IMG/VR virus record: IMGVR_UViG_3300033434_000387
Coordinates: 1 to 38,068 of that record
Strand: one strand, 5' to 3'
From: a virus
Taxonomy: Duplodnaviria; Caudoviricetes
DNA: 38,068 nt
Under the pieces are notes generated by a model. It worked only from the letters and a program-made list of their open reading frames with translations, made no database searches and was not told where the DNA came from. How positions within the stretch are numbered: position 1 is the first letter of the stretch; every line of letters starts with the position of its first letter. Shown here piece by piece: positions 9,397-18,215 of this stretch. Position numbers and translations under genes: made by a program.

Positions 9397-9837
9397 ATGA
9401 GCATGACTGATGGGCAACAAGTCCTATATGAGTATATGGTATGCAACGGTGCCGGTGACCGAGCTTCCTTGGTTAGCTTTATTAAAGCTATGTCCGGCGA
9501 TATGGTGTTGAATGTCAGCCCGACTACTGTTAGCGAATCGGCTGGCAGCACCGGGTTTACCAAAACTGTTACCGTTACATTGGAAACGGCTACTGGTGAA
9601 GTTTGTTCCTGGTATAACGGCCCAGTAACGTTGGCTATTGCTGATACGTCCACCGCTGGAGTGGCAAGTATTTCTCCTGCGGCTGGATCAAATGATATGA
9701 CTGATGGTGTTTTAACCGTAACACTTACAGGTAGTGCGGCTGCGTGGGTTGCCGCCGATACTGCCACATTAACAGTGTCTGGTTCGATCTTTGGTTATAC
9801 GCTAACCGATGCTACTAGCGTTGTTACTGTATCATAA
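9397..9837 (+). CDS. Thr/Ser-rich Ig-like virion protein, probable capsid decoration protein
   Basis: Beta-strand T/V/S-rich composition, directly after MCP; AAGGAGG SD. Confidence 0.55.
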   Translation: MSMTDGQQVLYEYMVCNGAGDRASLVSFIKAMSGDMVLNVSPTTVSESAGSTGFTKTVTVTLETATGEVCSWYNGPVTLAIADTSTAGVASISPAAGSNDMTDGVLTVTLTGSAAAWVAADTATLTVSGSIFGYTLTDATSVVTVS

Positions 9838-9840
9838 AAA

Positions 9841-9871
9841 ATAAGCCGGGGTGTAAAAAACCCCGGTTTAT
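9841..9871. terminator. Bidirectional terminator between convergent genes
   Basis: ATAAGCCGGGGT/ACCCCGGTTTAT stem flanked by A- and T-rich runs. Confidence 0.75.
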
Positions 9872-9886
9872 AATGAATTTAATAGC

Positions 9887-10324
9887 TTATATTAATTTTA
9901 TCTGTATTTTACATTCGGTATTATCCCATAAAGTTTTTAAAATATCAAACCCATAAGCTTTATTAATTCCCTTAATCATACCTTCAAACGGATTGAGACA
10001 GTAAATGTCGCACGGCTTATCTGTACCATTTTTTTTGCACAGTGAGCAAAGTTTGCAAAACTTAGTAATAGCGATGAACCCAGATTCGGTTTTGACTATT
10101 TCCCATTTTGCACAATTAAAAACTTCTTCTGAAACCGTAAAAACATCTTCAGCTTTTTTTATTCCCAGAAATTGAACTAGTTGACTTCCCGACTTCAATT
10201 GCTCTGTTTTCTTTTCCTCGATAATTCGATGTAATACGTTTTCTTTGGTGTAGTGGTAAACGGAGTCAGCTAATACTCCAATATAAATGTTTTCGAGAAA
10301 ATTCACTTTCTTTTCTAGTAGCAT
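9887..10324 (-). CDS. Cys-rich hypothetical protein, V4R/ATC-hydrolase-like metal-binding fold suspected
   Basis: CKLCSLC..., PCDIYC, C-terminal C; AAGGAGG SD; downstream of ECF sigma. Confidence 0.65.
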   Translation of the reverse strand: MLLEKKVNFLENIYIGVLADSVYHYTKENVLHRIIEEKKTEQLKSGSQLVQFLGIKKAEDVFTVSEEVFNCAKWEIVKTESGFIAITKFCKLCSLCKKNGTDKPCDIYCLNPFEGMIKGINKAYGFDILKTLWDNTECKIQIKLI

Positions 10325-10354
10325 AAAAAATCCTCCTTAGCTTTATTTAACTAA

Positions 10355-10382
10355 TTAGTGGAGAATATTATGTTTTTGTGAC
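10355..10382 (-). promoter_or_regulatory. Putative ECF-sigma promoter for the 9887..10324 gene
   Basis: Minus strand GTCACA-N16-CACTAA resembles GTCACA-type ECF promoters. Confidence 0.4.
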
Positions 10383-10387
10383 TAGTC

Positions 10388-11077
10388 TTATAAATATTTA
10401 ATCCAATAATTATACTCTGGAAGTATTTGATTTGATTCAAAATATAAATTAGTTCGACCAATAATATTGCGAATTTTATCGTACTCTTGAGGAAGATTAG
10501 CATTAATTACTAAGCTTTTCATGCGGCAGTTGCAGTTACCATTGCGATTTTGCAAAATACATTCATCATTTAAGAAATTCCGTAGTTTGCGCCTGCTACG
10601 TGAAATAATTTTACGCATGCAATCTTCATTTTTATTAAATATGGTAGCAATTTCTGAATATGATAACTGTAAGATATCACGAAAAATATATGCTAAACGG
10701 CTTTCTTTATCTAAACAGTGTAACACACCACTGAGGCATTTATCACACATTTCTTGTACCAAGACATGCTCATCAAGGTTATTAGCTCCTGAAATTTTAA
10801 AATCTTCATTTCTGAAATATTCTCTTAAAAATTTTGTAGTATATAAGCGTTCATTATTAATACAGCGTAAACAGACGCGACGGGTTATTGAGTATATCCA
10901 AGTAGATAATTGTGATTTTCCTTTAAAAGAATGATAGCTTTTTATAATTTCTAACCAAACCTCTTGTGCAATGTCTTTAGATAATTCTTCATTATGGGTC
11001 ATTCTGCGACATATAGAAGTAACCATAGTTCCATAGTTACTAGTAAGGTCTTCAAAAAAATTGTCTGTCTTTTCCAT
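10388..11077 (-). CDS. ECF sigma-70 factor with Cys-rich linker and C-terminal extension
   Basis: Region 2 (DIAQEVWL...SFKGKSQLSTWIYSI) and region 4 (LSYSEIA......RK.ISRSRRKL); CDKC..LHC linker and C-terminal C.......CNC. Confidence 0.88.
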   Translation of the reverse strand: MEKTDNFFEDLTSNYGTMVTSICRRMTHNEELSKDIAQEVWLEIIKSYHSFKGKSQLSTWIYSITRRVCLRCINNERLYTTKFLREYFRNEDFKISGANNLDEHVLVQEMCDKCLSGVLHCLDKESRLAYIFRDILQLSYSEIATIFNKNEDCMRKIISRSRRKLRNFLNDECILQNRNGNCNCRMKSLVINANLPQEYDKIRNIIGRTNLYFESNQILPEYNYWIKYL

Positions 11078-11156
11078 AGTATGAACTCCCTAGTTTCAGT
11101 GAAATAAATACTTTTAGTTGTATTTTACCATTTATCAATTGTGTTTTCTAAATTTT

Positions 11157-11190
11157 AATGGCCGGGGCATATTTGCTCCGGCCATTTTAT
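11157..11190 (+). terminator. Intrinsic terminator-like hairpin just upstream of adaptor 1
   Basis: AATGGCCGGGGCA-TATT-TGCTCCGGCCATT then TTAT. Confidence 0.6.
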
Positions 11191-11207
11191 AAAGCGTGGT
11201 GGAATAT

Positions 11208-11675
11208 ATGTCTGCCGTTAGTGAAATTATCTATAGATTACGCCTTAAATTAAAAGACATGGACGCTGTTAACTACAGCAAATATGAAGTGCAAGATGCA
11301 CTGGACGAAACCCTAAGTGAAATGAATACCCTAGTAAAACAGTATTACGGGCACTTAACTTTTATTGACCAAGATAATGAGAAACTTCCGCTTGAAGAAG
11401 GGGAAACGGTTATTAATTCAGATGGTGAAGTGGAGTTTGAGGAAACTGGTTTTCCTGATGAGTTTAATGGGTTGATTATTGAATATGCCATAATCTTGTT
11501 ATCTCCCGGAGATTATGCCACCAAGGAGCAGGCAAAACAGTTATGGCAGCAAAAGGTGTTATCTCTAGCAAGTACATTTAATAATGACAATAACTTGATG
11601 GATGGCTGTTACGGATCAAGATCAAGTAGATATAGACGAAAGAAAAGCGGGAATGATTATAATCTCCCAGGGTGA
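11208..11675 (+). CDS. Head-tail adaptor-like protein 1 (P22 gp4-like)
   Basis: V.EII.RLR.KLKD.....YS..EV.DALDE helix pattern and FPDEF..LIIEYA shared with two downstream paralogs. Confidence 0.7.
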   Translation: MSAVSEIIYRLRLKLKDMDAVNYSKYEVQDALDETLSEMNTLVKQYYGHLTFIDQDNEKLPLEEGETVINSDGEVEFEETGFPDEFNGLIIEYAIILLSPGDYATKEQAKQLWQQKVLSLASTFNNDNNLMDGCYGSRSSRYRRKKSGNDYNLPG

Positions 11676-11681
11676 AAAGTT

Positions 11682-12119
11682 CTATTTCAATTCACTTGGA
11701 TAAACGCGAGTAATAAATAAATTTTCGAGATTTTGATACCCTTCTGTCCAAACTAAGGTAATTGGACTTATTTGACGAAGAGTCCGATACCACTTCCCAT
11801 ATGAAAAAATATGCGGTTGCTGAGTCTTTCGTATACCAAATATTTCGGCTTTTTGTAGATCTGTGGAATATTCTACTAATATGTAATCGTAGTCTTTAAA
11901 ATCCTTAATAGTATCTATGGCGCTGGTTTTAATGATAATTACTGTACTCAATGTATGCCAAATTCCTTCGATTGGGTCCAGTTGCCTTCCCTGAAAATAC
12001 TTTTGAATAACTTGGTCTTGCGTTAATCCATTAAAAGGATTTTCAGCCGCATAAGTGATTCCGGAAAAAGCAAAGACCAACATTAAAACTAAGCTTAAGG
12101 TGAGAAAAATTTTGTTCAT
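11682..12119 (-). CDS. Secreted hypothetical protein (antisense moron), 145 aa
   Basis: ATG 12119 with GGAGGG SD; signal peptide MNKIFLTLSLVLMLVFAFSGITYA; LDPIEGIW motif. Confidence 0.75.
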   Translation of the reverse strand: MNKIFLTLSLVLMLVFAFSGITYAAENPFNGLTQDQVIQKYFQGRQLDPIEGIWHTLSTVIIIKTSAIDTIKDFKDYDYILVEYSTDLQKAEIFGIRKTQQPHIFSYGKWYRTLRQISPITLVWTEGYQNLENLFITRVYPSELK

Positions 12120-12154
12120 TGTTGTCCCTCCATAATAGTTTTTGTATGTTATAG

Positions 12155-12181
12155 ATTCTACTGAATATTTACATTTCCTTC
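12155..12181 (-). promoter_or_regulatory. Sigma-H-type promoter of the antisense moron
   Basis: Minus strand GAAGGAAAT-N11-GTAGAAT. Confidence 0.62.
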
Positions 12182-12234
12182 CAAACTGATTTGCAAAAAA
12201 ACGATAAGCATCTAAAATGTAGGAGGTGAAAACC

Positions 12235-12705
12235 ATGATAGGTTCAGACCTATTACCTGACCTACGCGTCCGTATTCGGGATGAAGGGAAAATATCAATC
12301 GGCGATGACAACCTTTTACTCATATATGTGAACGAAGCAATAAGCTGGTTAAGCAACCAGCTTATTTCCTTTAAAGACCCAATTATGATAACGGAAGACG
12401 AATTCACCGAAGATACGACTTTGCCTACTGGCTTTGTAAAGTTCGTAGGCCAATATCCCATAAAAAGAACTGGTACCGGGTTTATGTTATTGTTGGATTT
12501 AGACTCAGTGACAGCAGAATATTGGGCGGTGAAAGACTCGATTGATGCTTTTACTGATACCATTCATTTTCCTGATCAGTATAAAAATGTCCTGGTGCAA
12601 TATGCCGCCATTGCGGCAATCAACAAAATGGGCAAGCCAATTGACCAGGATTCGGTGATGTTGAAGCAACTGAATGACATGCTAACTCAGGCAATACAGG
12701 GGTGA
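12235..12705 (+). CDS. Head-tail adaptor-like protein 2
   Basis: LL.DLRVRIRD......DD..LL.YVNEAI.WL and FPDQY...LVQYA; ATG after AGGAGGTG. Confidence 0.72.
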   Translation: MIGSDLLPDLRVRIRDEGKISIGDDNLLLIYVNEAISWLSNQLISFKDPIMITEDEFTEDTTLPTGFVKFVGQYPIKRTGTGFMLLLDLDSVTAEYWAVKDSIDAFTDTIHFPDQYKNVLVQYAAIAAINKMGKPIDQDSVMLKQLNDMLTQAIQG

Positions 12706-12710
12706 TATAG

Positions 12711-13181
12711 TTGGCAACTACAGTCAGCACCTTATTAACCAAGGTCAGGATGAAAATCCGTGATACAACTTCCACGGAATATCCTGATAGTGAATTAATC
12801 GATTGCCTTAATCAAGCGTTTGACTATATGTCAGCTTTTTTGATTCGGATCAAAGATGGAGAAATGATAAATTCGGTGGAAGTAACGGACGGAAGTCTTG
12901 CCAAAACGGATGACTTTGACAGTATTGTTGGTGCTCAAATGCTGTATATGGAGGGCGACACAATCAAAACTTTGTCCGGCTTAACGGCCACCATGCGGTA
13001 TTATGCGGCTAAAAGCCATGTTAGTGCGACCAATGACACGATACCATTCAAGGTCAGTACTCAGCCTTTATTAGTGGAGCTTACTGCTATATATGCTTTA
13101 AACCGCAACGAATTTGATGTTACTCAGGACAATGCTTTGTTTGAAAAACACCTGTCTTTACTGCAAGGCGGTGGCAGTTAA
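12711..13181 (+). CDS. Head-tail adaptor-like protein 3
   Basis: TV..LL.KVR.KIRD....EYPDSELIDCLNQA and IPF.....LLVELTA; TAATG coupling to nozzle gene. Confidence 0.75.
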   Translation: MATTVSTLLTKVRMKIRDTTSTEYPDSELIDCLNQAFDYMSAFLIRIKDGEMINSVEVTDGSLAKTDDFDSIVGAQMLYMEGDTIKTLSGLTATMRYYAAKSHVSATNDTIPFKVSTQPLLVELTAIYALNRNEFDVTQDNALFEKHLSLLQGGGS

Positions 13182-15250
13182 TGAAGAAGTCAACCAAGCA
13201 TGAAAATGAAACGGTACTTTCTTTATCCGATTTTACCGGCGGCATTAACTATGCGATAACGCCGGATCAATTAGGGCAAACCGAATCCCAGGTATTAGAG
13301 AACTTCGAACTAAATTCGTCAGGGATGCTAGTATCAAGCGGCGGATTACGCAAGGTGTATACCTCTGCTAATGGCGATATAGAAACGCTATTTTCTAAAG
13401 GTGATGGTAACATGTTCTTTTCGAATAGCAGCAGCCTGTACGAAACCGACTTAGCTAGTATCTTGCATACTTATACCTTATCCGGTTATAAATTGCCGTC
13501 CTATACCCGGTTTGATAAAAAGATAGTAGTTTGCAGCGGTGGTGCTATTCAGTATTATGATAAAAAGGATACTGCCAGCGGCCTGCAAACCATAGATGAT
13601 GACGATGCACCAATAGCGGATGCTGCTTTCGTAAAAGATGGCCGAGTTATCGTCTATAATGCGAAAAATGATTATTTCTATTACTGCGGCATTGGTGATA
13701 TAACAAACTGGATTTTTTCGAGTGATACCGGCATTACTAACCCTACTAAAATAACATTGACGGCAACAACTAACGGCACCTTAGAAACCGCTTATCACGT
13801 AGACGTACTAACAATCTATGAGGAAGCTGATGCAGACGGCGATGTAACCTTAACCCTTGACGGTGATGTCGCATATACCGTTTCCATTGAGGACGATGAT
13901 ACCGCTATTGAGATTGCCCAAAAGATTGCTAATGGCAATGATTATGACGGCTGGACTGTAACCCGAGATAGTAATGTACTAACCTTTACAGCCAATAAGC
14001 GGGGTGAAAAAGATCAACTTGTTTATGACTATGGCGATACGGAAGCCCTGGGTACTGTAGTTAATAATGCCGAAGGGGCCGGGATTTATCAATATAAAGT
14101 GTCTGCCGTAAAGAACACGGCCATTGATGGAAACGACCCGGTTTATGCCGAAACCGCCGCCTCAGAAACGCAAGAAATAACCTTGACGGCAACCGGCGGT
14201 GTAACGATTAGCTGGTCGGCGATTACTGATGCGGTGAAATATAAGATTTATGGCCGTACTGAAGATGAACTCACTTTGCTAAAAACAACTACCGATACCT
14301 CATGGACGGATGACGGCTCAACATATAACCTTGGTACCGATCCACCGACAACCAATAGTACGACTTATACCCATACGACCAGCGATGCCGATAAAGTAAA
14401 GATAGGCTATAAGGACGACGGATTTATTACTGCAGTTGTCATGTTGAGTGCGGATATTATCGTATTTAAGAACAACGGCAAGATATTTCGAGTTGAAGGC
14501 GACTATCCCGACCAAGCTTTGTATAGCGTAAGTGATAGTGCCCATTGCCAAAATCGCTTTTGTGCTATTCAGGCCGGGAATAACGCCTATTTTTATGGGC
14601 AGTACGGCTTAAAGGACTTAGGTACGGTAGTCGAATATGGCTCGGTTAAAGCAAGTGAAATTGGAGCTAAAATTGATAGTATTGCCTCAAATAATGCGGC
14701 GGCTAGAATGTGGTATTTGCCATCACTTCAGCAGTTGTGGCTCAAAGTAGATAATAGTGGGAAAATCTATGTTTATAACTATTTGCGAAATGCCTACAGC
14801 GTGCGACGGTTTAGTAGTCCAATCAATGATATTGCTACTTTTCAGAATGCCGCTTATATTGCCATGGGAGCATCAATATATTTACTTAATCCTTTTAGTG
14901 ATAAAGAAGATGAGGTTTATGTTACTTCAATTTATAAATCCAAGCGATTCAGAAATGACAATGAAATAAATATGAAACGAATCCATATAGAGTTTTACTG
15001 TGTTAAAAATGCTACGTGTTATATTCAGATTGGTAAGTTTAGCGAAACGATATTATTAAGTGCAGAATCACCTTCGGTTTATAACAATACCAGTGTTATT
15101 TATAGTAGCGATCGGCCAATATGGGTTAACGGCTTAGTGATTGTAGATCGAAAAGTAGATTTTAATATAACAGATTTTGATATAACAATTAAGATTACTA
15201 AAGGTTTAGTGAAAATAAGAAACATTTCGCTGACGATAGCGGAATTGTAG
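13181..15250 (+). CDS. Tail nozzle / tubular protein B (P22 gp10/T7 gp12-like) with inserted Ig/FN3-like domains
   Basis: DFTGGIN....P......E...LENF N-terminus, beta-propeller-like body, position after adaptors. Confidence 0.75.
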   Translation: MKKSTKHENETVLSLSDFTGGINYAITPDQLGQTESQVLENFELNSSGMLVSSGGLRKVYTSANGDIETLFSKGDGNMFFSNSSSLYETDLASILHTYTLSGYKLPSYTRFDKKIVVCSGGAIQYYDKKDTASGLQTIDDDDAPIADAAFVKDGRVIVYNAKNDYFYYCGIGDITNWIFSSDTGITNPTKITLTATTNGTLETAYHVDVLTIYEEADADGDVTLTLDGDVAYTVSIEDDDTAIEIAQKIANGNDYDGWTVTRDSNVLTFTANKRGEKDQLVYDYGDTEALGTVVNNAEGAGIYQYKVSAVKNTAIDGNDPVYAETAASETQEITLTATGGVTISWSAITDAVKYKIYGRTEDELTLLKTTTDTSWTDDGSTYNLGTDPPTTNSTTYTHTTSDADKVKIGYKDDGFITAVVMLSADIIVFKNNGKIFRVEGDYPDQALYSVSDSAHCQNRFCAIQAGNNAYFYGQYGLKDLGTVVEYGSVKASEIGAKIDSIASNNAAARMWYLPSLQQLWLKVDNSGKIYVYNYLRNAYSVRRFSSPINDIATFQNAAYIAMGASIYLLNPFSDKEDEVYVTSIYKSKRFRNDNEINMKRIHIEFYCVKNATCYIQIGKFSETILLSAESPSVYNNTSVIYSSDRPIWVNGLVIVDRKVDFNITDFDITIKITKGLVKIRNISLTIAEL

Positions 15251-15266
15251 GGGGAGGTGGATAGAT

Positions 15267-15572
15267 ATGAGTTATTCTCCATTGTATCCATTGGATCATA
15301 CTAGCTCCGATGGAGATAATGATTATACCCAAGCTGAAAAATTGCAAAAGGAAATTGAGCATATTTACGCCTGCATGAATGACCTTTTGAATACGCAAGT
15401 GCCTACGCTATTAGAAAACTTCGATGCGGATAAAGTAGACGGCTATCATGCGACGAATACGGCTAATAATTTGCCGGTGCTTGATTCGGAAGGTAATTTG
15501 ACGGTAGATACAACTGGTACAGCCTACAATATTCCAACCGGAAACGTTGGTGGAAATATCTGGATTGCCTAG
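15267..15572 (+). CDS. Short tail fibre/needle-like protein
   Basis: Coiled coil, then DADKVDGYHA trimeric-fibre motif and LPVLDSEG.L. Confidence 0.6.
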   Translation: MSYSPLYPLDHTSSDGDNDYTQAEKLQKEIEHIYACMNDLLNTQVPTLLENFDADKVDGYHATNTANNLPVLDSEGNLTVDTTGTAYNIPTGNVGGNIWIA

Positions 15573-15587
15573 AAGGGAGGATGCTAC

Positions 15588-16196
15588 TTGTATATCCATG
15601 TTTATACCGACAGCCCTACGTCCGGTGGGACGGACGGAACCCAGGTAAGTGAAGAGATTTCAACAACATTAGCGTCAGCTGCTGCGATTGGCGATACGAC
15701 AATCACGGTAGATGACGCTACTAATTTTTATGCGGCTTTGTCAATTAAGATTGATTCAGAAGTAGCGACAGTATCAAGCGTTGATTATGATACCAACGTG
15801 ATAACCTTGTCCGCAGATTTGACGGTAGCGCATAGTTCTTCAGCCACAGTAAAAAGCGTGGCCAATGAATCCAGTCCCATTACGTATTCAAGTAGCGTTA
15901 CGGCTGGCAGCGAGTCCGGGACCATCACCCTGGCTATTAGAACCGAAAGCGGATATACAACGACAGGTAGTACCGTCATTACACCAGACGGTACTACTGC
16001 TAGTTATTGGGCTTTATCTGCCGATGGTTCAACCTGGAATGATTACGGGACGGCCTTGACGATCACCAGTACTATTACAACAACTAATACGTTGTTGTAC
16101 GCCAAATATAAATCTGTTTCAACTGAGTTAACATTGCACGATAAGACAGTCAACTTTGTTGTTGCAACAACGATTAGCGCAACGTCATCATCATAG
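15588..16196 (+). CDS. Thr/Ser-rich tail-associated structural protein
   Basis: PTSGGTDGTQVSE N-terminus, TTL.SAA..GDTTITVDDA beta domain; GGAGG SD with TTG. Confidence 0.6.
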   Translation: MYIHVYTDSPTSGGTDGTQVSEEISTTLASAAAIGDTTITVDDATNFYAALSIKIDSEVATVSSVDYDTNVITLSADLTVAHSSSATVKSVANESSPITYSSSVTAGSESGTITLAIRTESGYTTTGSTVITPDGTTASYWALSADGSTWNDYGTALTITSTITTTNTLLYAKYKSVSTELTLHDKTVNFVVATTISATSSS

Positions 16197-16207
16197 GTGG
16201 TGGGAGC

Positions 16208-17071
16208 ATGGCAACTACAGTTTCAATTAATGTTGATACTGCCCGAAATTTATCCAATTCATTTAGCATAAATGAAGATACTTATAGACTGCTGAAACAA
16301 TCCATAAGTATTAACGCGGATACTGCTAGATTAATGGGAAAATCCGTAAGTATTAACGTAGATACGCTTCGCCAAAACGTTAATGCTGTATGTATTAATG
16401 TTGATACCAAACGAAAAATTACGGCGACTACTACGGATAAAAGCCTCTACTACTTTAAAGACGATACTACTTATACGGTGCCTCTTTATACGGATGAATT
16501 TGACGTAGGCAGTACCTATATTTGTTTTCGCGATACGGAGAATGATAATGAAATCCTTTATGCTAGGCTTTGTGATGTGGATAGTGATAACGCGTCTGAT
16601 TTACGCGCCATTAAAAGCAGCACGACCTATGCGATTGCGAACAGTAATGATGGATTTCACGACTTATCTAAAACCAATCTCTATACAGATGGTTTTTGGG
16701 GAAGCTGGACGGATGTATCAACGAGCCTTAGCGTGGATCTGCCAGAAAACCGAACCATCACCATTGAATACGATATTGATTTTTATAATGATGATGGAGA
16801 TTCCTACGTGGAAGGCCGGGTGTTAGTAGATAGTGAAACGCAGACTTGCTATTTCTATAAGACTACAAGCTGGAATAGCGGTAGCAGCGGAGATTATACC
16901 ATGACCGAAGATATTTGGACGGCGAGGGAAACTGCGGGGAAAATATACAGTAAATCGGTCAGCCAATCGCTTAGTTTGGCCGCCGGGACTCATACCTTTG
17001 TTATGCAGTTAAAAGGTAGCGGCTGGTCGCGGGCTGATAGCTGCAAAGATAGGAATATTGAGATTACCTGA
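16208..17071 (+). CDS. Tail fibre/receptor-binding-like protein with five 14-aa repeats
   Basis: xSINxDTxR repeats at N-terminus; C-terminal beta-sandwich ending L.AGTHTF..Q. Confidence 0.6.
   Translation: MATTVSINVDTARNLSNSFSINEDTYRLLKQSISINADTARLMGKSVSINVDTLRQNVNAVCINVDTKRKITATTTDKSLYYFKDDTTYTVPLYTDEFDVGSTYICFRDTENDNEILYARLCDVDSDNASDLRAIKSSTTYAIANSNDGFHDLSKTNLYTDGFWGSWTDVSTSLSVDLPENRTITIEYDIDFYNDDGDSYVEGRVLVDSETQTCYFYKTTSWNSGSSGDYTMTEDIWTARETAGKIYSKSVSQSLSLAAGTHTFVMQLKGSGWSRADSCKDRNIEIT
16217..16426 (+). repeat. Five tandem 42-nt/14-aa repeats
   Basis: TVSINVDTARNLSN/SFSINEDTYRLLKQ/SISINADTARLMGK/SVSINVDTLRQNVN/AVCINVDTKRKITA. Confidence 0.85.
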
Positions 17072-17247
17072 TGGGGAGATAATAAAAAACTCAGTAACCT
17101 AAAAGAGGTATTTTAAGCGAAGCACGGCGAAATACAATTGTAACTAATTGCATCCTATAATAAACTGTTATGTTATTAACGGGATTATTGAAATATATAT
17201 ATAACTTGTAATTTTAGTATTAGGTTATATATGGAGGAGGGTTTACA

Positions 17248-18000
17248 ATGCAATCAACAGTGACACAAAGAGATATTATGTTTCGTCGGTTTCAAATACA
17301 TAAATTTAAAAGGGAAAGTATGTTTCCAACAGTTACGTTGACAATTAACATTAATGTTACTCATCTGGCAGAATTAAAAAGAAAATGGAATGAAATGCAT
17401 AGTTGTATTGCGCATTTAACTTTTACACATATTATAATTAAAGCTGTAGCAGATACATTAATGAATTATCCGGAATTATATAGCCTTTCTGAAGGGACTA
17501 ATATTATTCCAAGCTCGGATTTAATATTAAACATTCCTGTTGCTGTGGAAAAACATGTTGAATATATAGTAATTAATCAGCCGGAATCAAAAAATATTTT
17601 GGATATTTCGCAGGAATGCCAAAGTGAAATATCCAAAATTCGTAACGGTAATGGTGAGTTTATGAATTTTCTTATTCATATGTTCAAAGTTCCCGTTAAA
17701 GCAGCTAATCACAGTCCAGTTGAGTTTATGCAGCATTATGGAAATTTTGTAATTTCAAATATGGGATCTTTTCATGTTGATAGTGGTTCGCTGGCAATAA
17801 CGGAGCCTTTGATTGCCGGACTTTGCTTAGGTGCTATTACACCAATTGTAAAGTGTCAAGCAAATAGCTTTATAGAAGTTATGAACATTCCTATAACTAT
17901 TTCATTTGACCATCGAGCAATTGATGGAGCATATGCGGGGAATTTCTTGAATGACGTGAAAAAACTATTAGAAAATCCAGAACAAATCTTTTGCAGTTAA
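17248..18000 (+). CDS. Stand-alone 2-oxoacid dehydrogenase E2-type acyltransferase catalytic domain (CAT-like fold)
   Basis: IKAVA..L..YPEL, GNFVISNMG, SFDHRAIDGA.AG.FL..VK..LE.P; no lipoyl or E3-binding domain; AT-rich. Confidence 0.85.
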   Translation: MQSTVTQRDIMFRRFQIHKFKRESMFPTVTLTININVTHLAELKRKWNEMHSCIAHLTFTHIIIKAVADTLMNYPELYSLSEGTNIIPSSDLILNIPVAVEKHVEYIVINQPESKNILDISQECQSEISKIRNGNGEFMNFLIHMFKVPVKAANHSPVEFMQHYGNFVISNMGSFHVDSGSLAITEPLIAGLCLGAITPIVKCQANSFIEVMNIPITISFDHRAIDGAYAGNFLNDVKKLLENPEQIFCS

Positions 18001-18048
18001 TTTTAAAAAACTAGTACAGCGTCCGCTAAGAAAGCCTTATGTAAAAAA

Positions 18049-18078
18049 CACCGTTTCGTTGCTTGAAGTGGTGCTTTT
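18049..18078 (+). terminator. Probable intrinsic terminator
   Basis: CACCGTTTC/GAAGTGGTG stem (with G-U pairs) plus CTTTT. Confidence 0.5.
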
Positions 18079-18215
18079 GATTATATTTACATATGATCTT
18101 GACAACGTTTATTTAAATTTATAGTGATACAAAGGATTGATGTGGTTGTCAAGTATGAAATATAAATAGATTGATAACTATTATCATGAAATAAATGTAA
18201 AATGGAGGCCTAAGA

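Noticed and set aside
9330-9400. Capsid-to-Ig-domain frameshift or readthrough fusion
   Set aside because: Double stop TAATAG, no slippery site seen, and the downstream gene has its own SD
10521-10934. 137-aa + ORF
   Set aside because: Antisense shadow of the ECF sigma gene
12120-12563. N-terminal half of the 293-aa minus ORF
   Set aside because: Antisense to adaptor 2; the SD, promoter and signal peptide place the start at 12119
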